64,000 bases of DNA from Catajapyx aquilonaris (taxonomy: Eukaryota): assembly GCA_000934665.2 (NCBI GenBank), contig JYFJ02000044.1, positions 124,001 to 188,000 of the forward strand. Reading direction: 5' to 3'. The position numbers and the translations under genes were made by a program. Positions 1 to 13,200 of this stretch are shown in pieces. The number at the start of each line of letters is the position of its first letter. Position 1 is the first letter of the stretch. The notes below the pieces were generated by a model. That model was given only the letters and a program-made list of their open reading frames with translations, did no database searches and was not told the DNA's origin.

Positions 1-3000
1 CGGACATACCCGGAGTATTACGTAGCCTTGTTTGTTTAATTACAGCAGAGCACCGCAGATGGATAATTAGTCAACGTTACCTGTCCTGGGGTCAGTGGGT
101 GCAAGACATGAAATCCTAATCGCGTTTCCAGAAGCACGTCCCTGGGCAGATCCCAAACCTCTGGCGGCGTCTAGAGTGTGTATCTCCGGTCTCCCACGGC
201 GGAGATGTAAGGCCTTAATATTCCCAGCGTCTCATCTCCAAGCATCTCAATTCGCCTTTGGGCAAACAGCCCCAAAGGACCAGGTTCTGCGCTACTTGTA
301 ACTGCCCAAAAGGAAACTGCATCAACATTTTGGGAGGCCATATCTGGCATTGCATAAAATCAACGCAAGGTTTTCTTTGAAGTGAAAGGTTTGTGTGTAG
401 GTGGCGTTGAGCTGAGTTGTTTCCGCGTCTCTCCAGAGGGCTCTGGTTTTCACGTGCTGTCACTTGCCTTTTGTTTCAGCATCTAACTGGCTCTCGTAAA
501 TAGATTAACTCCTCGTTAGCCCGCCTTTGAACCTAACCCAATCTTTCTTGCCTCTACCTGTTGAGTCCTTACTATTCCCTGCGTTGCCACACACCTCGTT
601 ATGCCATGGAATGCGTCAAATATTGGGAACTATCAGTCAAATTTTGATGCACGTCATATGGCTGGGGGGGGGGGGGGNGGGGGGGGAGATATAAAATTGG
701 ATGGGAGGCTGGTATGACGAGATGCAGCAGCTGAAGCGTCGTCTTCATTCTTTTCCGTGTCATTAGCTGCATTTGGCTCCAGGCCCCCCTTCCCCACCCC
801 ATGCCAGACTGCAGGAAATATTTGAATAATTTACTCCTGTCTTAGCAGGTTCCAGGCGCCCATGAGGTGGGTCCGGAATTCGAATGGAACAATGGAACGG
901 GCAGTTCCAAAGCAGCTAATATCCTCGGAATTTTCGAGGAAGGGGGAGGCTGTTATAATGGATGACTATCCCTGTGCGAGAAGGAGAAGTGCCTTTTAAA
1001 CTACCTTTTGAAGGTGCAGCCGGATATTAATTTTGGAAATTCTCTATTCCACGACGACCCAACTCTCCTAGTCTTACTCAATGTTGCTCCAGATTACATT
1101 ACTTTTCAAGGTTAGCTATACATTGTTGTCCATTGATTTTCTGTCATTTCAATGACGAAGAAAATTGTTAGGCATTTTATTTTAAAAAAATAATGGCGCT
1201 TTCTACTCATGGCACACTCATGGGATCAGATTGGGCAGATGCAAATACAGATTGCCATGCCCTGAAGTTAGCCATTCGCTACAGTCATCCTGGAAGGTAA
1301 ATTGGAAGTGAACTATCACAGATTGCAGGAAGAAACTCTTGTCTATTTGTGTCGAAAGCGCCACAAATCTTCCGTCTCATCAGCGAGTGATCAAACTTGA
1401 AAGCCTTCCGGACCAATACCCCACCTCCCAAGCGGATCCAGGGTGCACCGAGCCATAATAAATTTGGGCTGCGATACGAGCGACAGGCCTGTGAGTTTTT
1501 GATTGACTTCTGACCCCAACGGGACTTCATTTGCCACCCAACCTATTGTGACTGAAAGAGTGCATTGGACGCGAGGAAAAAAAAGCAATCAGCTTTTTTT
1601 GGTACGCTTTTGGCCACAATGCGCGCGTTTTTTTTAGTGCTGTTGAAAAGGAACTGTAGGCCTGTGGGGTTTGATCACCAGGCTGAATCCTTGTGATTGG
1701 CTTCTGTGTGGCATTGATTGGATCCTGGTGTCTCGGGCGCCATTTTTAGACCCGGTTTCAGTTACTTGAGAAGGATGCAAAGGGCAAAAGGGAGACATGC
1801 GGTGTGCTCTAATCCGATTTTCGGGACAGGAGAGACCCAAATGGGCTGCAGAAAGATCACATTGGAGGACATGAAAGGGATGGATACAAGAGTCAGGTTG
1901 CAAAGGTCACAATCTACATGTTGTCACAAAGGGAGGTTAATGGTAGAATAGCATTAATCTGAACCTACTAGGTCATGTGGAATCATGTGGCCGAGTTCGA
2001 TACGTGGATCTTGTTCACTGAAAACAGTATCAAAATCGTGTGGATTTTCTGGTTTGGAAGCAAATTTCGCATAAAAATAAAAATAAATGAAAAATAATAT
2101 TGTTGGATCTGATCTGAAATAAATGGTCGTTTATTTCTTCGGATTTCTTCACTCGGAAAGTTCCACAGCCGATTACGGTCCCAGGAAAATATACCGGGCT
2201 CGTAAATGTCTGTGGGGATTTGTCGCGCGACTGGCATGAATTTTCCTCAAAGTCAGAATCATATAGAGGCGACAATATATTCTGATGCACCTTAAGCCTC
2301 GACGAAAGGTGTTGAGTTGGCATTTTATTCGTAGACTTGCAGCCCATAATATTCAGGCCTCCGCCTATCAGCATTCCAGCAAACATTTCTTGGCAACGTT
2401 GCATAATTACCCTGATTGTGTTCGGGCTGACAGGAAATTTCAACAATTGGCGGACGACTTTTGAGATTGTTAGTTTGTAGGTTGAATGAGGCGTGATAGG
2501 TAATTTCCTCGTCGGATATGTTTTCCCCGGCTGAATCAGCGCGAAAAAAGTGCAAAATCAGACCGGGGGGGGGGGGGATGTTTGCTCGAGATGGATTAAT
2601 TAAAGGGCACTATAATACATCTCACTGCAACTGGTGCAAACGATTGTACCGCATGTCGCGATGCGGAATGATTGCATTATATGTGTCAAGAGAGGAGGAT
2701 ACGATCGTAAATCATAAGTTGGAAGCGAGCAGTGCGGATGACAACCGGCACAATGGATTGTGCCAACCTTGGAAACACTTTGTGATATTGAAGGGAAAGA
2801 AAAATACAGAGGGACCCCGAACGCGACTCGGAAACATGCATTTGTATAGAAGCAAAAGCAGTTTCTCAATATTCCTTTCACAACTTCTAAGGAGTTAATT
2901 AGTCATTCTGAAGTGAAAAAAGGGGGTGGAGAGAGTCGCTTTGAAAAATACAAGAAGGGGAAAGGATTGAATTGCGACGAACTTCGATCCTTTCTGATGT

Positions 3001-4618
3001 TACCGAGCTATAAAGCTTTGTCCTAAATAAGGTAACCTATATGACATTGCCATATATGACACATGCCTAATCGTTGCAATTAATGTCGCCGGAAGAACTA
3101 GGTGATTATTCTAACCATTCGAAATTTCACAAGTTAATATTTTGTCACATAAATGTTGCAGAAGTGAATGAAGATTACCATGATTTTTTCACAAACCTTC
3201 TATAATTTGTTAACATGCTGAGTGATCTTCCACAATTTAATACCCAGCTGAGGATATCTTTCATCCGTGTTATTCATATTTAAAGGGCTATTTAAAAATC
3301 GTGGCATTATATCCCTCAATGTGCACTGTGCAGAGATCGTGCAGTTTATGCATGGCTCACAATTTTTCAGGTGAGCCCACTTTGTTTGGCGAACAATGCT
3401 GTATGAGTGGTTTGTTTTATAGTCCGCTGGCTGGCACTGTAATGGGCAAATACAGGCAAATAGATTAGGCAATTATTTATGTGGAGCGTGGCAGGAATAA
3501 TTAGAGCAATGTGTTTTATGGGGAAAAAAAACGCAATGAATTCTATGAGAATTCCAGCTGCAAATAAGATCGAACTACTAATGGCACTGGAATGTGTTGT
3601 AGAGGGAATTTGCTAATTTTATTCCTCTTAAATACACAACAATATGAATTTATGACTAGTGTTTATAATACCCTTTTTTTTTGAACTTTGAGCACTCGTT
3701 CAATGCTACGTGCCGATGAAAAAAATTAACCTGCGAAGACAAAAAACAAACAGAGAGTTGCTATTTTAGGCTTCGAAAATTCCTTGGGGCGCGCACCAAA
3801 CTGTATGCCGAAGTAAATGTTGTTACAGTTCTGAGAACTTTGATGTTTGGGCCTGTGCCCCGGTTATTACTTTGGGACCCGAGGCAAAATTTGACGGTAT
3901 TGAAATTGCATTACGTGTCGAAATTATGTGCCAGATTAACAAGGGTATTCGAAAGGGTAAGGGGTATGGCGTGAAAAAATATTATAGTTTGCTTCGAAAT
4001 TAATATTCCTGCCAAGTCTTTCCTACCGAGGCATTTCGGACTCTTCTTTTTTGGAGGGGGCCTAAGCACAAAAGAGGAGAATTACTGAAGGGTTTGCATC
4101 ATCAAGGCGCAAGCCAAGGAAAAGCGTCTTTAGAAACTGAAGGGATATATAGGACCTGATGCGGCAAGGAACACGAGCAAGGCGGCGGGCATGGAAATGG
4201 AATTAATATTGTCTTTCCCCCGGAGAGATCCCTCAAAGGGGAAGGAAGGAAGGGCTTTGGTATCAGCGATTATTCGCTGGAGTGAATTAGAGGCGTGCGT
4301 GAATTACGTGACGGTTCAGCAAGCCGCCAAAATTGTTACGCCGGGAGAGGACGGGGGTGATTAATGCCTGCGGTGGAATCTTGCAATTGAAAAGAGTTCG
4401 TTCCTCCTACCTTCTTCTCATCCCACGTCCCATTGTCCTCCGTGGCTCATTTTATAATAATGGCGTGCGAAAATCTCCTAAGAAGCGATTGGATCTACTG
4501 CTATTTTCGACCACATTAATATCACTGCTAGTAAAAATAACTGCTTCTTTAAAATCACAGCTACTGAATTATTACAATTTTGGGCAATTTGTTACAATCA
4601 CACTGTTGTTCTTTACAG

Positions 4619-4862
4619 GGAATGTGTTTGTGATCGCTGCTATTCTTCTGGAGCGAAATCTTCAGAGTGTGGCAAACTACCTGATCCTATCGCTGGCCTT
4701 TGCTGACCTGCTGGTGGCATGTCTGGTGATGCCCCTAGGAGCGGTGTATGAGGTCAGCAAGCAGTGGACTCTAGGGACTGAGCTGTGCGATATGTGGACC
4801 TGCAGCGATGTTCTTTGCTGCACGGCTTCCATTCTTCATCTGGTGGCCATTGCAGTCGACAG
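4619..4862 (+). CDS. 5-HT1B: 5-HT1 receptor gene 1, exon encoding end of TM1, TM2 and TM3
   Basis: Acceptor ttctttacag|GG (phase 1) and donor GACAG|gtgagt (phase 2). Translation [82 protein letters not shown]. Confidence 0.95.
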
Positions 4863-7800
4863 GTGAGTTAGAACCTGCTCGTTGCAATATTTGCACGCTC
4901 CAAGTAGTGCTAGAGCTTTTTGCATTTTCGCTATCGCTTGGTTTACACCTCGGCGCGTCTGTGAATGTGCGCTCGAAAAGAAAAATGGCGATATCTGGTG
5001 TGCTCTGGTCGATTGCAGTAGGCATGTGGACATGGTCGCTTGGCTCAGGGTTTTGTGAAAATATGTTGGTTTGGGGAGGCTTTCGTCGCAATGCTGTTTG
5101 CATTTCTCTGGTTAGTCTGGTAGAATGATTCAAGAGGTAGGGGTGTGACGTAACAGTCACGTTGGATGAACTGCCTTGGTTTAAAACTTGTGGGTCGTAT
5201 GAATAGCTGGAAAAAAACCATTTATACGGTGTGTTCTGAATGACCGTATAGAACAAGGACCGAATGGGGTCGTTCCTATTGACTTTACTGCAGTTCTTTA
5301 TCATGAAACAGTTACTTTATTTTCGTAGCTCCCATACAATCATACAGTGCATTAGGTTTAATAACACCATTCATTCAGACTCTAAATTGCATAGATTTTT
5401 CAAGCTTATGGACACTGTAAATGGGCCATTCGCAACCAATTGCATCCCAGATCAAAGGCAGAATATTCACTGAGTCATTTGAATAAATTGTCATTATTTC
5501 TCCTCTTGATAATATGTTGCCAAATGTTCACGTATTACATTATTTTCTCTTTCCACTCTCTATACTAACATCTGATAGAATTTTTTCTATCTAACTCAGT
5601 ATGCTTTACAAATGGTTTGAGTCAACTGGGAAGTTTTAGCTTGCTCTTTCAAGTGCAGATTGAATGACAAACCAAATAAATGAGAATGGCTAAAATTGTT
5701 ACGTAAATTTACCTTTAATATCTGCTATCCTTGCTAGTCAGTAACTGCTTAAATCTACGCAAATTATAGTAACCTCAAGTTGCCACTGCATGACATAAGA
5801 GTCCGGATTATTCAGTTAAAAGCCAACTTGCACGAATAGGATTGGTTCCTTTCCTTTTCCTCTCCTTTTCCTTGGCATTGAGTCAGGCCAATGCAGCTGA
5901 ATGGTGAGTTGGCGTCTGCCGAACTGAATCCTACTGGCTGGAAACTTTGCCTTCCGAAATTTATCAAGTCGAAAAGTTGACCTCGCTTTCGCTTGACCCT
6001 CTCCTCCAATATTGGACTCGGAGCCGCCAAAGGGAATATTAAGCAAGCAGAGAAGATGCCCGAGGGTAGATACATTGCCACGTCCAGTTCCTCTGCATCT
6101 CATATCCGACTGCGTTTATTAGGTTCGGCAAGAAAACCGGTCAGAGGGCGCCAACTTATCAGATCATTTTACTCCGCTTCACTGCTGTTCTCATATTAGG
6201 GCATCAATTATTCAGCATATTACATCAGGGAGCTAGTCCTTGAATATTTAAATGTGTGTGCCGTCTTGCATTATGCGGTTCAGGTCACTGTGTTTGCAGT
6301 CCCTTTATTCGCACTAATTACACGTTCGAGAGTTATATCATTTGTCAGCCAGAAAGGGCCGGACACTATTGACCGCCATAGTGGTCTGTCTAGAAAGTAC
6401 TCACACTATTGCGGACTCAGCCTCTCTGTGCATACAATTGCAGCAAGGTTTTTCTCAAGGTCAAAGTTCATCCTGGCTGTAACGCAACCGTTTACTTGTA
6501 GCACAGGTAGTATAACAAGCAGGCGGGAAATGAGCTTATCTTGTCCTGCTGCCCCAGAGAATCCAGCAATTTAGTGAAAATGCTATAATATTGGGTAGCC
6601 GTAGCCTATCAGAGATATGTTCATTATTCTGTCCATCACCTAAGATTTTCAAAGGCGCCGTTTATCCCAGAACCATGCCCGCCACTAACAGAGTTCATTT
6701 CATTGTAAAAGAGTAAATAACTAGGGCTCACTTTTAGATGGGCTCGAGGGAACAAGCTTTGTTGCGTTATGGAAAACACTACTTTATTAACAGTTTTTGT
6801 GTGTGTGTGTGCGGCTTCGTCTGGTGAACTCGAAATAATATACCTGATGAAAATACCGTGGGCAAAATGGTCCGCCACAGAACGGCGGAAAAGATGAAAG
6901 GGGGATGTATTTTAAGTTGGGATTAGGATTACTATCATTGCGACCGCGCATTTTCTGCACTCAAATACATGCGGTTTGGCACGCCACAATCGAGGAAGGT
7001 CCTTTGCCGCCAATGTTATGAACAAGTTCGAAACTTTGTCGTGTTAAAATCTGCTATTTTAACTATTCCTGTGTAATTAGCATCAAATTTACAGATTATT
7101 TTAACTTAATGACATAAGTGATTATTCCAGTGTTATAAACTCTGTAAGGGCAATTACGTAAAGCTGTTCATTTGTACACTGCTTAAGAAATAATATTTAT
7201 CAGAAATATTTTCCACTAATCCGTTTGCATAATATTGTCAACATGTTGGCTTATAGTAAGATATCGCGGAAACTTCCTGAAAATTAAGGCACATACCTTT
7301 GAGATTTAGTCGGTGCCAGGTGACCTTAGAAGAGTGATGCAGATAAGAGCATAAGAGCTTAAATTCGCCTTAGTGGCAGGAACTGCAGAGAATTATAGCC
7401 TCCGAGTACACCCCAGCAATTTGGAGCCTCTATTTTGTGTCCTGGCCACAATGGAGTGCGAGGTTGAGAGGAGAGGATAAAATTCCTGCGCTGATAAAAC
7501 CTGTCAAGAGGCCTAGAGGCCGTTCATTTTGCAACTCACAGTGTATACTGTAAAGCTGAGTGAAATATGGCTTTCAGCAACGCCATCATAATTATCATCT
7601 AGCATACACATTATTGGAGGGGCTTCAATGGGTGGAGTTCTTTCTCAATGATAGTGCGTGAAAGCACGTGCTTTTTTCCACCCAGAGATGCATTATCTTT
7701 GTGTACTTTTGATGCATTAGATGAGCCAAGCAGTAGATAAATCGTTCGCATTAATTTCGGGATTTTTGGAGCATCCTTAATTTTCCGCGCAATTAAAAGT

Positions 7801-8991
7801 GTTTTGAATTTGTCGCTGTTCAATATCCTGCATTCTTATCCCAGCATGACCTAGACGGTGTTAAATAAGTGCGGCCTGTTGCTTTGAAGGTCTGCCTAAG
7901 GGCGTCTTGCTCGTTGATCTTCCACCGCCATTAATTCTCTCCTCTTCATTGCGTCCTCTAATTAAATAGCTTTTACACGGAATGTGCATTTCCTCTGGTG
8001 TGATGCAGAAGCATTTTCAGTTTCGGTTTTTGTTTTTATCCTTTCGCCTTGAATCCTATGCAGTGTTAAATCATCCCGCGGTTACAAGAACGCCACTGTA
8101 AATGTGCGGACCTAATAATTTTTTCACTGTGATGCGGCGTGAGATGATCCATATTTCACATGGTTTGTCTCGCGGGCTTTTAATCCCTGGGCCTTGTTCA
8201 TTTGTCGTGGCAGATGATGCTGATGTAATGGGTTCCTAGAATGCGTGGCGGACATGCGACACCATGAACTTGACTTTCAAAACATCCAGGCCATATTTTG
8301 GGACATTCACACACTGCGTGGCCAGAAATGACATTAACATCACGTGAAATCCTCCCAGGGAATAAATAAAATAGGCTAAAAATACTTCTCAATATTTTAC
8401 TAAGTGGAAGAGACTGGATGTACTGTACCATTATTAAAACATTCAATAAGCTATTTTTGCAGTTCATGCTTTGAACATACTGCGTCACTTTATAAAGGAT
8501 AGTACTATCTCACAACCTAACTAGAAATGATAGCACTCCACAGCAAAGCCAATCATCCTTTCACTCCACGCTCACAGCAACAAGTGATTTAGCTCTCCCA
8601 TGGCTCCTCCCCAGTTTCATTAGTTTTTCATGCACTGTGATGCTGCCTGCACAATTTGAAGAAAAGCATGCACTGTATCAACTACTGTCCAGCACTGGTA
8701 AATTATAATACAGGCTGAGCCTGACGAGAAAAACTGGACCATATCGCGATATGAAGTCGCATATTTTTGTTATAATCCAAGGGAACAATCTGGATGACTG
8801 CCCTTTGTGAATGCGCATTACTTCCGTGAAGCTGCATGTAAAGCATGGGCTATATTCAAGCTTGCATGTAATTTAGCAAGTGCTCTTTTAGTGCCTGACC
8901 TTGTTGTGTGTAGAATCGCATGGTATTGACACAAACAAGACTGATAGCCAATTTTGCTGAAAGAGTCAACATTTGCGGATATTTTTGCAAG

Positions 8992-9772
8992 GTACTGGGC
9001 GGTGACCAACATCGACTACATCCACCACCGCAACGGACGTCGCATCGGAGGCATGATCGCAATCATCTGGTCCGTCTCATTCCTCATATCAATGGCTCCA
9101 ATGATGGGCTGGAAGGACCCGGACTGGGAGTGGCGCGTCACGGTCGAGAAAATGTGTCTGGTCAGCCAGGATTTGGGCTACCAGATATTCGCAACAATGT
9201 CCTCCTTCTACGTTCCTCTGACCGTCATACTGATCCTGTACTACCGGATATTTCAAACAGCCCGGAAGCGGATCCGACGGAAGGGTGTGACCACATACAG
9301 GCATCGGATCGGACGTCCTTTGGCCACCATGTCCGAGACCACCTGCACCACATTTGCGACAGTGTCATCCTCGGACAACCCAAGCCCAGAGAAGACATCA
9401 TCGTGCACCAACGGTACATCCCCGTTGCACGAAGCACCCAGACGGAAGTTGAAGGACTCTCTGGATTCAAAGAGGGAAAGAAAAGCGGCAAAGACTTTGG
9501 CCATAATCACCGGTGTGTTCGTCATCTGCTGGCTACCTTTCTTCATAATGGCGCTTCTGATGCCGCTGTGTCCCAACTGCTACTTCAACGACTACATGAT
9601 GGCCTTCTTCCTCTGGCTGGGTTACTTCAACTCCACATTGAATCCGGTCATTTACACCATATTTAGTCCGGAGTTTCGGATCGCCTTCCAGAAGCTCCTG
9701 TGCGGAAGGAACAGGAAGAGGGGACTTCGCCGAAGGGCAAAGAGCAACACCAGTCGGAGGTACATGGTCTGA
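8992..9772 (+). CDS. 5-HT1B: 5-HT1 receptor gene 1, terminal coding exon (ICL2, TM4-TM7, C-tail)
   Basis: Acceptor tttttgcaag|G completes the Arg of DRY. Reads YWAVTNIDY...GWKDPDW...CLVSQDLGYQIFATMSSFYVP...RERKAAKTLAIITGVFVICWLPFF...WLGYFNSTLNPVIYTIFSPEFR...YMV to TGA at 9770-9772. Confidence 0.95.
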
Positions 9773-10201
9773 CTCAGGGTTCCCGCCTCCTCCAGGCAGG
9801 AGGCCAGAAGGACTAGGATGAGGAGGCGGGAATCTGCGGCCCTCAGAGCTGACCAAGACAGCTGACCTTCGACCCGGGAGTCGGCCGTTTGAGACGGGAT
9901 GACTCCTCTTGTGGTGAAGTGAGCACCTTCCCAATATCACGAGACAACAATGGAATATTTGGTAACATCCCGACACTTTAATTTGCACATCATCTGCTGT
10001 GCAGACAAATTTGCTTTCATAAGGACCAGGGAAGGGGACGTTCAAGTGTGTTACACTCCCTAGAAATTGCGCTCAACTTAAATGATATTTTAACATTTGA
10101 ATCACATTTCACTAATGGTTGGATTCAGACTAAATAATTTTAAACAAATCATTTACCAGACTTGTCTGAATTCTTCCCGAATACGTAGTATTGGTAATAG
10201 T

Positions 10202-10207
10202 AATAAA
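10202..10207 (+). promoter_or_regulatory. Candidate polyadenylation signal AATAAA for gene 1
   Basis: First AATAAA I found downstream of the gene 1 stop, about 430 nt away in AT-rich sequence. Use is not demonstrated. Confidence 0.3.
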
Positions 10208-13200
10208 TTATACAATTATATTCGACCATCACTTTTGAAGCCTTGCAAAGTTTTATTTTGAGCTACAGTTTATTTTTGATGACATAGCATATAGTGCTCT
10301 AACACATATCGCTATTGGAACAAGAATATGAAACATATAATTGCCGGTGCTCTGTTATTAACTGCTGTTACAGCCATATCACGTGCCTAACGAGCGATTA
10401 GGCAATATCATAAGCAGTGTTGTTACCAAATATTTCTTGTGACTGGACATTTCCTAAGGACCGTTTGGTGCTATGCTAAGACTATCTTAAAAAGTCACTT
10501 TTTCCCCTCGGTAGACCCTGGCCATATTTTTGTAGTTGTCAAAAGTGACTTGACACGTCGAGTAGCCCTTACCATATCAAAAAATAACACTAGCGTCATA
10601 TCTTCCGTGTTTTCGCCAACGCTTCCAGAGACCAAAAAAAACTATCAATCCAATTTCTTATATATTTCCTACCCATTCGTTTTTTGCCAAAATATAATAT
10701 AAGAGACTGCTGTGTGTGATCATGCGTGCGAGAGAATAGCTGACGTGTTGTGTGTAATAGCAAACAGAACATGGGGCCGGCGGATGGTCAACATCTGAAT
10801 ATTTGCAACTGCCCGTACATTGAGCCCCTACGTGCATGTGTGCATATGCTGTTACCCATCCGCCCGCCCAATGCTCGCATAATTTATACCTTACATAATT
10901 ATGTTGTAGGCATTAGAGGAGGGACAATCTCCTCGCCGTGCGCTTCTCTGTGTTCATCCAAAAGAGGACGGTGATATATTTTCTGTATTCTTCGAGATAA
11001 ATGGACTCTCGAATAAACATATTGTATATAAGTGTTTTGATTGACTGGAAATCAGTCACTTCCAGGAGTAAGGTAGCAGACCTGAAGTTTAAATTACCCT
11101 CTGTCTTCACGTCTTGAGCTTCAGTGTACAGGTATGTCTCACACATTACTGTACTAACAGGTGGACCGCAATTTTCAGCAAAGATGTCAACATATGAAGG
11201 TAAGGATATGGCAGGTCAGGGGTCGATTCCACAGCTGAAATTGGGTGTGTGCAAGCTATAGGAGAAGGCTGGCTCCAGCTTCCCTGGCAACGGGAGCTTG
11301 TAATTGCTTTCAGTAGTTCTGATTTAGCTCGACATGAAGAAGCACTTCCAGCGGCTGGGAGGAGGATGGGCCTGTTGGGGGAAGAAGAGAGAGAGCTGCT
11401 TGCCTGAGGCCCCACCCATCCCCAAAAACCTCGTTTGCTTTGCACCATACTCGGCCTGCCCCTTGCACCGTGTTCATGTAGATTTACACAGGCCCTTACT
11501 ACCCGCGCGACGACTCTCTCGGTACCGCTGTGTTCTAGCCAAACCATTGAGTTGATCGATGACTCGGACTGAATTGTGCAATGGTGCTTAGAATTATTAA
11601 AATTAAGGCTGCCTAATTGCTGGATTGAATGGCACGTGGTACGTTACAGGTTGATATTGTTGGTAGTTGATTTCGGCGATAATGTGATTGTTTAACAAGG
11701 TACTTCAAGGGATTTTAGTAAGGCAACAAAACATGGCACGTATAGACTGTAAAAACTGACGTTAAGAGCTCCTTTGATAAATTTTAAAGTAATGGCCACA
11801 ATATGTTGCATCAAAACACGAATGTGCTGTGAACGCAACAAGAAATCATTTTTTTCTCAACTATTGCGGTTCATGCAAAAAGCCATTTCAAATGCTGTGG
11901 AGCTCCCGAAATCGCTTGACATTAATGGGTCACCGCCGAGATGAAATATTGATGCCATTCATGAATAGCAATAAGGTAATATCCTTTTGTTCTCAACCTT
12001 CAATGCGGACACATTTGCATTTCTCGCTAGAATTAGTCCTTTGCGAAACTAATTCATTTCTGAACAAGCGCAACTTTTCACATGCTACAAAATATATATA
12101 TAGAGTGAACCCCGAGCCCTTTCCGGTGTTGTTCCGACGCAGTTTGTTGTGGACGCCGGCTAGTCGACAAGGGCTTCAGACGTTCTGATAATAACGGGCC
12201 AGAACTAGTTCAAGTCAACTCTCTCTAAATTTGGCCATAACAAGCTGAGGAAAGGGCAAAATATACAACCCCATATGAGTGAAAAGGAAAGTGCCAGATA
12301 TGGATGCCTTTGGTCGCCAAGACGGCGTGCAAAAGTGACCTCCACAATAGCTCTCAGCACACTGAATAACCGCTGGCGTATTAATTATGCTCATTAACAT
12401 GCATCGCCTAGGTTTTCTAATGAAGCCCGGTACATACACAGTGCATATTCTTTAAAGGGACATTATTTGTTGGCATGTAGGTCACACAGATATTACTGTA
12501 GACCATACTATTTTTTGCATACTTGGAAAGGTGTATGTAACTCACCACCTACACTTTGTTGGCACTGTAACAGTTTTGCTCACTTCCCAGAACCATTTCC
12601 CGGAGTTCACGCTACTTATATGATGTTATCTCGCGGCGCAATATTATAAGAGAGCTATTCCCAAGGCTACGAAGGGCTATGAATTAATAATCCTTCACGA
12701 TAGAGGACCACGTAACTTCCACTCAGCACTCCCAGCCTTCTTCCACGTAGGGCATCGACCGCGTGTATTCCACGAGAGAGAGGCTCTTCTCGTGCAAAGG
12801 ACTGATCGTAGTAATTTTATACTAGTCTTTAGGTAGAAGCGAAACATGAAAGGCAAGATTGGAATGAATAAATCATCTACTGCAAATGACTCATTGAAAC
12901 ATTAATCAATGTGTTAAAATATGTAAAAAAAAATGTATGGCTGTTAGCATAATTTATGCATTGTTGTTCAACACTGATTACGAGAATTTGGTTTATAATT
13001 TAACTGATTACAGCCGTAACCAAAATATTAGCTTACTTGTATCAGTTACAAATCACTGCTTTCACCGGCGGGGTCGAAAAAAGCAGTGACCTGCTAATAT
13101 GCATTTACATTAAAGTACAGTCTTTGGCAACACATTTCCGAAGCTCAGTTATTCTAAAACTGTACGTTAACTGTCTAAACATGGTCCTGAAGGCCTATTT

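Larger units (their letters stand above)
4619..9772 (+). other. 5-HT1B: Gene 1 span: 5-HT1-class serotonin receptor (5-HT1B-like), 5'-partial; join(4619..4862,8992..9772)
   Basis: Two exons splice in frame across a GT-AG phase-2 intron (4863-8991) that splits the DRY motif. Aminergic class A motifs are present: GN, LAFAD, D3.32 in [28 protein letters not shown]. The subtype call is tentative, based on ECL2 GWKDPDW..RV and C-terminal FQKLLCGR, which resemble lepidopteran 5-HT1B-type receptors as I recall them. Confidence 0.85.

Noticed and set aside
665..687. Poly-G runs (also about 2565-2578 and 49211-49229), two containing n, as functional G-quadruplexes
   Set aside because: Simple homopolymers of uncertain sequence accuracy, with no supporting context.
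4333..4618. N-terminal part of the 177-aa ORF as the receptor N-terminus
   Set aside because: No TM1-like helix or true ATG start. A canonical acceptor at 4617-4618 matches the intron position in gene 2, so this is intron read-through.
8920..10045. Overlapping ORFs of 248, 170 and 107 aa in other frames or strands; likewise 29967-30538 and 30835-31424
   Set aside because: Shadow ORFs of GC-rich receptor exons, with no recognisable protein features.
11132..11160. gtatgt...tactaacag, resembling a yeast-type intron
   Set aside because: Only 29 nt, too short for a typical metazoan intron, and no coding context.
9759..11206. Alternative C-terminus via donor GAG|gtacat at 9759 spliced to an exon at 11161 (actaacag|GTGG...GAAG|gtaagg)
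   Set aside because: Weak donor and poor pyrimidine tract. The unspliced frame already ends normally. Needs RNA-seq.
11334..11555. 73-aa ORF containing WGKKR, resembling a neuropeptide amidation/cleavage site
   Set aside because: No signal peptide and no repeated peptide units; probably chance.
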